DNA of 64,000 nt, taken from Andalucia godoyi And28. Its lineage: Eukaryota > Protista > Jakobida. Numbering within the stretch: the first letter of the stretch is position 1; the number at the start of each line of letters is the position of its first letter. Shown here piece after piece: positions 19,819 through 29,800 of this stretch. A program made the position numbers and the translations under genes. Location: assembly GCA_009859145.1 (NCBI GenBank), contig VRVR01000016.1:311356-375355 (forward strand). The letters are read 5' to 3'. The notes under the pieces were generated by a model that saw only the letters and a program-made list of their open reading frames with translations, had not been told where the DNA came from and made no database searches.

Positions 19819-22703
19819 ATGTTTACTGTGTGTTCGATCCGGCAGCCTGAAAAGACGGATTTCGCAGCACCGATCTTAAAGTACTTGAAATCGTATTTTG
19901 GACCACAGGTAGAACAGAATTTTACGACATGTTTCAACAAGATGTCGGCACAGAGAATCAGCTTGGCTTCGCTTTCTCGGACAGCCCAGTTCGCAGTATC
20001 CTCGTCACCGTACGTCCTCTCTACCTTCTCTTCCTCTCTCTTCCCTCTTCCTTACGTAAGTATGGATGATTCTTACAACCGCTGGATATCTATTTCTTCT
20101 TCTTCTTTCTTCCTTTCCTGTCTGTGGGTGTGGCGTGTAGAGGAGCTATATTCCCGTATGAATCACAGCTGCTGAGTTGCGTAGTGTCGTATTTGGGGTT
20201 CTTGTACTGTGTGAAGCCGCACTTTCCAATCACGTCTACTTCGAGTCTGCTGAAGGTGAAGTATGCGTGGAAGGAAGCGCTGCCGGATGCGGGCAAAGCG
20301 CGTGTCTTTACTGTGAATGATATTTCGTATGAGATTGCGTGTGTCGTGTCGGTCCTGGCAGCCGCGCTCTCGAACTATGCTGCGATGGAGTGTGCGGACA
20401 CATGCAAGCTGATCCCGGTGTCTGTGGAAGAGTCCGATCTTGGGAAACTGTCAAGCGACAGCTCGAGCATTGCAGACATCAATGCAGTGCTGGTTCGCGG
20501 TTCGCGGTCGTTTCAGCTGGCAGCGGGACTCTATGAGTATCTTGAAAAATCGGTTGTGCCAAACATCCCGCTGACAGATGCAAGCGGAAACAGAAACAAG
20601 CTTCCTCCAGACTTTTCAAGAGAGGGGCTGCGAGTTCTGCGGCTTACGATGCTGGGCCATGCGCAGCTGTGTGCAGCGCTCAAGGCGTATGCAACGACCA
20701 TTCCCGCGGCTGCTGCAGACAAGTCCATCAAGCCGATGAAAAAGGCCACGATCGCACGGCTCTTTCTCGGCGCAGCGCAGATATACAATGAAGCGTGGGC
20801 GCAGTCTCGCGTTCCGTTTCTGAGCGGGTTGCTGCTGCCAATTAGTGCTCCTGCGCTCGCGGCGTCCGCACGATATGCAATGGTTCGCGGACTTCTGACG
20901 CTTGCGATTGACCCGACCGTTGTTGATATTTTGCACCATGGAAGAAAGGTGACGTTGCTTGCGTCTGCAAGAGACAGGATAGCGGAGGCAAGCGCGTGTT
21001 TCCGCGAAGCCGCTTCCTCTTGCTCGCTTCTTCCTCAAATCGCAGCACTCAGGACGCACGTCGACAGCTTGTATGCCAGGGTCGACGTTGCGTCCAAACA
21101 GGCAGTTTCCGACAATGAAAAGGTGTATCATGACAAGGTCGTTTCCGAGGCCGAGGTGATTTCTCCTTTTGAAGCCTCTGTGTTGGTGAATGCTGTTTCC
21201 GTGCAAGATCCCCTCACAGGAGATGGCTCAGTCTCCCCAAGTGCTGGTAGTGGAAACGGACTCGCAGGAGTCCTCGTCGCGATTGTTGCGCTGCAGAACG
21301 GAGATCCGTTCGCGGGACTTGTTCCTTCGGACGTCCAAAAGGCTGCGGCAGGCCTTGCGCAGTGGATTGACGATGGCATGCGCAAAACAGCCCAGTATGT
21401 GTCGGATCGCCAGGCCACTACACAGATGGCGCTTGCGCCGCTTCCTTTGGCACTGCCGGCGGCGGCTGGTGCTGCTGGTGCTGCAGGCACTTCCAAGCCA
21501 GGCAAGCGGCGGGCCGTGGATATACTCTTTGAGCAGGTGTCTGTGGTTTCCATGGACCTTGGCGACCCTTCTCGTTTGTCTGAACTGCGTGCTATGGCGA
21601 TCGACATGAGGACTGACATAGCCACCTCGCTGGACGCTGTTCGCGATACGCTGAACGCCGAAGAGGAGCAAGACACCGTGTTGCGAACAAGGTACGGACG
21701 ACTGTGGAATCGCACGGCCTCCAAGGACGCCGCGGTGGACATTTGGAAGCGTGTCAAGGATCTCAAGGAACGCATGTGGCAAGCAGAAGCGTCGGACAAG
21801 AAGGTTGGTGACGAAGTACTATCTGTGCTTGGACCGGTTTCTGCGTCTCCGCGTGGAACTTCGAAAATTGCTCCTGCGCAATGGATCACGGCTGCTTCGA
21901 ACCTTTCCGACTTTGAGGAGCTGTTCAAGACCGCCGTTCTTGGTGGGGCTGGAGCGGGCGCTGGGCCAGCATCGATGGCCGGCGTTGATTCGACGTTTAC
22001 CGAAGACGAGTCGAGTGCGTTTGCAAAGATTGCGGCGCCGTTCCTGGAGGCGCTGGAAAGGGTTCTGACGGAACGTAGCGCCTTGTCCAACCAGCTGGCA
22101 GAATACCGGGATGCAGCAGTCACTTCGGTGCTGCACACACTCATTCCACTCCACGGCCAAGGGCAGAAGCTTCAGGGAGCAGTCAACGAATACTTTACGA
22201 ATAATGTGACTCCTGTACTGAAGTCGGTTCAAGAATCGCTGGCTGCGGAAGACAAGATTGTCGCAGATCTGAAGGCGAAGTACACGGAGTTTTCACGTTC
22301 CCCGACTGTGGCGCGAGTTGAAGCAGTGTCACACGAGGTTACAAATGCGGTTGCAGCGTATACCGCGGCTGTGCGCCATGTCCAAGAGGGCATTGAGTTC
22401 TACACAAGTGTCCAGGACGCTGCACGCTACACCAGGCGCCAAGCTGATGACTTTGTGGCCGCTCGTTCCGTTGAGAAGGAACAGTTTGAGGCTGCATTTG
22501 CCAATCATCCACAGGGTCCCGGGCAACCGATGACGGGCGCTCTTGTACCACCTCCAGCTCCTGCCTATGCGCAGCCGATGTATGCGCAGCCCGTGAATCC
22601 GTATTCTGCACCTTCGCAGCCCCTTGCGTATAGTGGAGCAGCTTATGGCTCCCCCTACGCATACCAGCTTCCACCACAGCCCGCAGTTCCCCGTCGCCCG
22701 TGA
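19819..22703 (+). CDS. PDCD6IP: ALIX/BRO1 family ESCRT adaptor (Bro1 domain, V domain, Pro/Tyr-rich tail); join(19819..20009,20141..22703)
   Basis: MFTV...EKTDFAAPILKYL start, HFP...YAWKEA, YEIACVVSVLAA, FQLAAGLYEYL, DNEKVYHDKV, GIEFYT, and a Pro-rich C-terminus. Confidence 0.85.
20010..20140 (+). other. Spliceosomal intron (131 nt, phase 2)
   Basis: GTACGT donor, pyrimidine-rich body, TAG acceptor; joins the two Bro1-domain ORFs in frame. Confidence 0.75.
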
Positions 22704-23069
22704 TGATCCATCTTCGTTGCTACTTCACTGCTTCTTTTTTTTCCTCCCATCCTTCTTCTTCTCTTCCTCCTTTTCTAACGGGGCGGGCTCTTTTTTGAAC
22801 GTCGTAAACGCACATGGCTTTTCTTACCAGGGTTTCTTTGTTGACAGGTCAGACGTGTCTCTTGTGCAAATGCATGCGGATTCGTGGGGAGGATGAAATA
22901 CGCCACACAACCTCGCGAGTGCTTCAAGTGTTCTGCAACTTCACTTGAACTGCGGAAAGAATACAATTACAGGAAAGCGACCAGGAAACGATGCGCTGTT
23001 CTTTTGAATGCAGTCCACAGCATGCGTCTCTCTGCTTTCGTGTGTCTTCTGAAGTTTAATCCTGCTCAT

Positions 23070-23115
<46 letters not shown>

Positions 23116-23147
23116 ACCTCGAGAAGAAGAATAGTACAGTTCGAGGC

Positions 23148-23861
23148 ATGCTACCAGCACTGAAACTACTGCGCGTCATCGAATCAAGACCGATTCTTCC
23201 CAATCGGTTCTTTGCGACGACCGCCTCGAGCACGTCAGTGCCCAACTCTGGAGGAGGGGGAGGACCGGCCTTTGAGCCTCTTGACCTCAGCGGCAACACT
23301 AATGGTCCAGCAAAGGGTTATTCAACCACGCGAGGATTCAAAAAGTTCGAGCCAGCCTCGGACATGCCGACAGGAACGGCAAGCACGGGCGGGCAGCACT
23401 CTTCAGACGAGTATTTGAAGAGGCGATACACGCCTGCATCGACAGATGCCGGGAAGGATGCGTTTGATGAGCCCGGTTCCGTCGAAGAAGCATGGAATAA
23501 TGCGAAGCATGGAATGAGTCAGCGCGAGAAAGGAAACTACGTGTACGACAATCCTTATCAGGACACTGCATCACTGGCCAGTGCGAATCGCGAGAAGGGT
23601 GGAACGCAGAGCCAGGACTTTGCGGATCGTGGCATCCAAGAAGCCGAGGACTACCGCGATGGCCCGACGGACCCGAGTCTCAATCCAGCCGCAAAGTACG
23701 CACAGACGCACGATCGCGTGAAGGCGCAGCAGTCCATTTCGAAGGGAGAAGAGAGTTTCTACAAGGCAGAAGACTTCCCTCCTATTCCCAAGCACTCTGC
23801 AAGCTATGACCATCGATCGCTGTGGGACAAGATCAAGGACGCCGTTCGTCCTTCTGCCTAA
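23148..23861 (+). CDS. Hydrophilic LEA/hydrophilin-like protein with putative mitochondrial presequence
   Basis: MLPALKLLRVIESRPILPNRFFATTASS is presequence-like; the rest is G/D/E/S/A-rich and ends SLWDKIKDAV. Confidence 0.55.
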   Translation: MLPALKLLRVIESRPILPNRFFATTASSTSVPNSGGGGGPAFEPLDLSGNTNGPAKGYSTTRGFKKFEPASDMPTGTASTGGQHSSDEYLKRRYTPASTDAGKDAFDEPGSVEEAWNNAKHGMSQREKGNYVYDNPYQDTASLASANREKGGTQSQDFADRGIQEAEDYRDGPTDPSLNPAAKYAQTHDRVKAQQSISKGEESFYKAEDFPPIPKHSASYDHRSLWDKIKDAVRPSA

Positions 23862-24016
23862 TTTAAAAAGCCCGTGCTGCAAATAACGAAAGACACGCTC
23901 CTCCCCCCCCCCCCCAAAAAAAAAAAAGAAAAAAAGAAAAAAGAGTAGCTTGCTGTTAATCTTTTTTAATTACAGTGATAATACAAGAAGAGCACAGTGT
24001 GCCGAAGTTTAGCTAA

Positions 24017-24331
24017 CTACGAGTTTTCCTTTTCCGCAGCAACAGCAGCGCGGACAACAGCAACAGGCAATGGCGATTGCATCTTCAACGCAGCGCTGTT
24101 AATGCTAGTCGTGGTGTTGTTGGCGGCAACTGGAGTGTTTGTGTCTCTCGGCTTGAGCACTCTGCTCTGCTTTGAAGTAGGGGAAGCGAACTGCAGGACA
24201 CTTGGCTTAATCGAGCCTTGTGGCTCACTGTTCAATTTAAAGTACTTTCGTGCCTTCAGTCGCATTGAAACGGGCGACGGTGCATCCGTAGGTGACGCAA
24301 ACTTTGCATGATTTCTCTGCTGACTTGCCAT
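24017..24331 (-). CDS. Hypothetical small disordered protein (SP/TP-rich, C-terminal KEN)
   Basis: 104-aa ATG ORF with repeated FASPT; ends EKENS*. Confidence 0.4.
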   Translation of the reverse strand: MASQQRNHAKFASPTDAPSPVSMRLKARKYFKLNSEPQGSIKPSVLQFASPTSKQSRVLKPRDTNTPVAANNTTTSINSAALKMQSPLPVAVVRAAVAAEKENS

Positions 24332-24752
24332 GTTGTCCTCTTCGTCCTTTCGAAATGGGAATATCCTAAGAAAAGCAACTCACACGCTTACTCTCGCACA
24401 CACACTCTCTCTCACACACACACACACTCTCTCGCACACACACTCTCTCTTGGTGCTATTGCTCGAAATAATGATCGTGACGACTTCCACATGTGAATAA
24501 GGAGAACGTCGGGGATTTTCTTAACGGCTCTCCGGCGATGTTTGCAGGATACGCAATGCACGGTAAGATCCCAACCGTCCGGGTTTTACCCCTCTCTCTC
24601 TCTCTCTCTCTCAGAAAACGAAAAAGGCTTTGTTGGGTTTTTTTTCATCAGCGTGATGGATTCACTTTCCCTTGCTTTTCCATTTTTCAAAAGATACTTT
24701 TAATATTTTTTTTCCCTTTTAGGAAAACAGAGATCAGAAGAAGACGACGACG

Positions 24753-25325
24753 ATGATTGAGATCGACACTTCTGTGCAGTTGGAGTACACGCTTGGGATA
24801 TTCAAGCCGGATGTGCAGGACCGTGTTGGGGAGTTGATGCAAGCGACGACGGATGCAGGGTTTCGGATTTTGGCATCAAGCACACTGAAGATGAGTGAGC
24901 ATCAAGCGGCGCAGTTCTACCGTGAGCACTACGGCAAGCCGTTCTACGACGGGTTGATTGCATTTATGACCTCGGGGCCGTCGACAGTGGTGGCGCTGTC
25001 GAAGCCTCAGGCGGTTTCCGAATGGCGGACATTCCTTACGACGGTGCTCAGACCGAAGTTCGGGACGAATGCGACACAGAATGCAGTGCATGGGTCTGAC
25101 TCCGCCGCAGCAGCCAAGCGCGAAATCAACTTTTTCTTCCCGAATCTCGTCGTGCCCGCGTTCCCGGGCGAAGCGCCTTTGGAAAAGTATGTACAGCAGG
25201 CTGTCGGCCCAGTCCTGACGAAGGCACTTGCAGAGCTGGCGCGTGTCCAACCGGCAGATCCCTGCAGATGGCTCGGGACTTGGCTCCTGGAAAACAATCC
25301 AAACAAACCAAAACAAGAACCCTGA
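24753..25325 (+). CDS. NME5: Nucleoside diphosphate kinase homolog 5 / radial spoke protein 23 (NDK + DPY30 domain)
   Basis: TLGIFKPD, FYREHYGKPFY, FMTSGP, NAVHGSDS...REINFFFP, and C-terminal DPY30-like PVLTKALAELARVQPADPCRWLGTWLLENNPNKP. Confidence 0.85.
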   Translation: MIEIDTSVQLEYTLGIFKPDVQDRVGELMQATTDAGFRILASSTLKMSEHQAAQFYREHYGKPFYDGLIAFMTSGPSTVVALSKPQAVSEWRTFLTTVLRPKFGTNATQNAVHGSDSAAAAKREINFFFPNLVVPAFPGEAPLEKYVQQAVGPVLTKALAELARVQPADPCRWLGTWLLENNPNKPKQEP

Positions 25326-25491
25326 ACACAATAGTGTTAAAAAAATAAATAAATAATTAAAGACATTGAAAGTGCATTCTTCGTTTTCCCTTTCGTTTCT
25401 TTGTCCTTTCATTATTCGTAAACGTAACATACTGCAAACGGCAGACGGCAGGGAAAAAGAAAAAGAAAAAAACGGCAGAGAGACTAGGATT

Positions 25492-25833
25492 TTATTCCGG
25501 ATGGTCGAGAACGATGATTTTGCGGCCTCGTAACATCACTGTGTGAGTCTTTGCAACCCGCGGCGGAATAGGGAACACTTGCTCAAGATCATCGTCTCGG
25601 AATCGCACGGACTTGTTGTTTCCCGGTGACGATGACGATGCGCTGCTCTTCTCCTTCTTCGCCTCCTCTTTTTTCGCAGCTACTCGTTTCTTCGCCACTT
25701 TTTGTACTTTTGCACGCGATCTCTCTTCTTCTTCCACTTCCACTTCCTCTTCCTGATGTTGTGGTTGCTCTAGTTCGACCTCTGCGGGACGTTTTCTGGT
25801 GCTGCTCTTCTTTTGATCAGCTGTCTTTCTCTT

Positions 25834-25866
<33 letters not shown>

Positions 25867-26241
25867 TGACGATGATGATGAAGACGAAGACGAAGAGGAC
25901 TTCTTCGACGCGATTTTCACTTGTTTTTCGTATTCTGTCCTCGGGAGAACGGGAATTCGGACGACAAGCATAGCCTTTGCCTCGTCAAACTGGGCCTCCA
26001 GATCCTTGCAGGCGTCTAATCGGACGACGAACTGCTCTGGAAGCGATTTTGACCAGAAGTACGGCCGGCGACTGAAGTCCTTGGAGTGCACCGTGACGGA
26101 CGTCAGCGTTGGGTCGACCTTGATCATGTGCGCAGGGACATTCGGGAGATGAGCCTTGACAAGCGCATGCGTCTCGGACTTGTTGATCTTGAAAAATACG
26201 CTCGGTGTAATGATGTGCTCCGACACCGATGGCTGAGTCAT
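25492..26241 (-). CDS. Hypothetical protein with HSP20/CS-like beta-sandwich and K/E-rich tail
   Basis: VKAHLPNV...IKVD...VTV...A.FDE.KAMLVVRIPV resembles an alpha-crystallin/CS fold. Start taken at the internal ATG (MTQP); the ORF segment upstream is low-complexity. Confidence 0.55.
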
Positions 26242-26898
26242 CTGATTCTCCTTCTGATTCTTTTCCGTTTCCGTTTCCGTTTCCTTTCTTCTTATTCTTC
26301 TTATTCTTCTTATTCTCGAGGCTGTTCTTGTCGATTCTCGAGCACAACGAAAATAAACAGCATAATAAAAAAATAGTAATAACAAAAAGAATAGCAAAAG
26401 AATAGGCAAATGAAAGTCGGACGAAATGACGTATTATTTTTTCGCCGCAACAGAATGGGCGAAAAATCCCGGAGTTTACGGCAGGTTGTCCGCTTGATGC
26501 CGGAGTGTTGCATCACGCTGATACAGTAAACGTGCTTGTTATTTTACAACAGGCGTTGTCTCCGCAGAGGTTTTTTTTTTGCCTGTACGGCCGCGCATCA
26601 CAGCCAGTCAGACATGTCTGCGGGTTGCCGACAGCAACGTTTCGGCGTCGATGAAGCCGATGGACATTGGACGCCACAACGGAGGAGCAAAAGCACCCCT
26701 CATCAGACCAAAAGCCAAAAACCAAAACAAACACGCAAAACAAAAAAGAAAAAGAAAAAGAAAAAAATCGAACGAACAGAATCCGATGTTACCCCACCAC
26801 CGCTGGCTGTTTTCCAAATTTTGAAATAGACGGTGTATCAGTCAGAAAAAAGAGGGGAAGTACGGGGAGGGTTACGTTGCCCAAGTCCATGATTCAAC

Positions 26899-29800
26899 AT
26901 GCGTGTTCGTCGACTGCCACATGAGCCGTGTTTCTCACTACTGCTGCTGGTGCTTGTTCTGGTTGGACGAGGAGGCTGTCTGCGGGGAGTGGAGGGGCGT
27001 GCGGCCGCGGGGAGTACTGAATGGAGGAACCGACTTCCAGAAGTGCTGGCGTCGAATTCGTCCTCTAGCTTAAATGCGTTTTATCTGAACCAGTCGAGTG
27101 CAGTTGCGGCATCTGGACTGAACACGCCGTTGAAGGTAAGCACGGCATGGTTCTCGGCGCGGATTCCGGACTTTGAGTGGGCCGTTTCGATGTCGAACGA
27201 CGGGCTTGTCATGGCGGTTGGGGCACCTGGAGTCCCCTCGTTCTCGCAAGGACAGCTGGAATCGTACGGATCCGTGTTCGTGTACTACCGGACCTCGCTT
27301 GCGACAAAGGACTGGACGCTGGCGTCGAGAGTCACGTTGCCGGCTGCACCATACCCAAACGAACTGTACCTGGAATCGGATTTTGGATATTCGGTGGCGG
27401 TTTCTGATAACGGCACGTACATCTTCGTAGCAGAGCCGCAGTACATGGCGACGTCGAAAAACAACAACCAGATGCATTACCTTGTTCGGAAGCTCACTGC
27501 TTCGAATTCCTCCACGTGGATATATGGAGGCAAGATTCCGTGCGTGGTGGATTGCCAGAATGAGCAGCTGGGTGCGGGTGGGATATCACTTGCGCTCTCC
27601 GATCGTGCCGTGTTTGTAGGGGCGCCGTATGAACCGTATTCGCAGTCCGGGGGGCGCATTCACACGTTCTATGCAAGTTCCGGGCCGTCGGGCACGCTTT
27701 ACTTTTCGGAATTTTCCGCAATGAAGCTCGCTTCACCCGATAGTCAAAGTGGCCAGAGGTTCGGAGCGTCGATTACCGCGATGCTGGACGGATCGTTCGT
27801 TGCAGGGTCGGCAACCATGACAAACAAGATTTTCATCTTTCGAGCGTTCACGTCTCCCTCGACATATTCACCTTTGAAAGTGCAGTCGATCTCCTTGTCG
27901 GATTTTTCTGTGCAGGTTTCACCGACGACCTCGGCAATTGCCTTTGATCGAACCCGGAAGAACCTCCTGTATGTCGGCACGACGAGCAACAAGATCCTAG
28001 TCTTCGGAGGCCCCGTTGATTTTTCGTCGTCTTGGACGCTTGTGGACACCATTGATCCGACAACCGCAACGGGGGGTCCGTATACCGAGTGCTCAGGAAT
28101 GTTTGGAAGATCGATGTCGCTGTCCTTGGACGGAAACACCATGGTGGTCGGCGCAAGATCATCTCGCTCATTGCAGGGAAGTGCCTGTGTCTTAGCACGG
28201 TCGACAACTTCCTCAAAATGGATTTTCATGTCATTTTATGCAGGCGACTCATCTTCATCCTTGTCTTTTGGAAGAAATGTATACATAAGTGCCCAGGGCA
28301 CGTCCGCGGTGATGAACGGCGCTGTTTCTGGAATGTTTACGCTGTTTGATTCCGGACTTTGCGCAGGTGGGTATGAGCCAGCAAGCAGTGGGTCCGTAGG
28401 CTGCAGGAAGTGCGGTGCTGGCACGTACTCTGAATTCGGAATTGTCTGTGTTTCGTGCAAAACGGGGACGGCCAGCACTGCCATCGGATCAGCCTCGCCT
28501 GATGTGTGCCAGCCATGCGGTGTTGGAGAGTATGCCGCGAACGGTGGGTCAGCTTGCCTAAAGTGTGAAGCAGGACAGTACAACGATGCCACACAGCAGT
28601 CTTCTTGCAAACAGTGCCCGCCCGGCGAGTTCATCGAGAGTACGGGATCTGCATTTTGCACACCGTGTGTGCAGGGGTTTTACCAGGATCGCAGCGGCCA
28701 GACGGCCTGCAAGTCCTGCGGGCCCGGTGCAACGACTGCGTCTTCCGGAAGCTCTGCCATTGCCTTTTGCCGATCCCAGCCAGGCTTCTATTGGGACGAA
28801 GTGTCGGCAACTGCAATTCCCTGTTCTCCTCGCGATGCGTGTGCTGGCGGTGTCGGCGACGATTCCTGTGCGAATGGCTATACTGGTCGCTTGTGTTCGC
28901 TGTGTCAACTCGGTTTCTACCGAGATCAGACTGGACGATGTTTCGGCTGTCCTTCATTCCCAATCACGGAGCTGCTAGTTGTGTGCTCCATCATTGGTAT
29001 CCTTGTTTTGATTTGCATTTACTACCCCGTTCGCGTGTTTTTGCAGTGCATCGTATCTGCCCTGGCCCCTGTTATCAACTTTTTCCAGCTAATGGCGATC
29101 ATTTCTTCGGTGCGGGTTGGCTATGGCTCCTCAACGAATGCTCTCTTTCAGGTGGCAGATGTGGCCATGTTGAAGGTCTCGTTTCTGAAGCCGGAGTGCA
29201 TGACTTCGAACATGACCGTTGTTCAACAGTGGCTCATGTCATTTTTCCCTGTCGTGTTCCTTCTGTTGATTCTCTGTGTCTTGTATCTCGTGTTTACTCC
29301 CTTTGTGCAGCGAATGCTCTTTGGGAGAGAGAAGTTTCTGGCGCGCGAAGAGGCCGTTCATAGGTCTCGATGGTCCGTAACCGGAATGATGGTTTCGCTG
29401 ATGTCGGTGTTCTTCTTACCCTTGCTGCGGCTCACGGTTCTTGCCTGGGATTGCTCCAAAGTTGGGGATACGTATGTGCTGGATGCCCAGCCGGATATCT
29501 TGTGCTATGATTTCAACTCGTCCTCCACTTGGTTCTTGCTGATGATCCTGGGCTGCTTGTCTGGCCTACTGCTCTTTGTATCGTGGTTTGCAATTAGCTA
29601 TCGAATCATATCTTCTGCTCGACGGTGTCGATTGGATGTTGTCGATCCTCTCGATGACTGGAATTTGGATTCCGAGCGTTTCCGAACTGTCTTTGGTGCA
29701 GTCACGCAGGACTTCCGATCTACGTCCACCCTCACGATTTGCTGGGGAGTCGTGTTTCAGAAGATGTGTGATGCGTGCGTTCTGTTCGTTCAGGTCTTTC

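Noticed and set aside
19996-20060. U12-type-looking donor GTATCCTC and TTCCTTAC branch-like motif in ALIX
   Set aside because: It does not give an in-frame product; the canonical GTACGT donor at 20010 does.
22884-23147. Upstream ORF extensions in the ORF track (also 25492..26409, 32960..34372, 38745..40829, 52699..54816)
   Set aside because: They run through microsatellite or poly-A/T UTR sequence; downstream ATGs match the family N-termini.
26600-26710. Possible C/D snoRNA on the minus strand (TGATGA...CTGA, about 100 nt)
   Set aside because: Weak terminal stem and no guide complementarity that I could identify.
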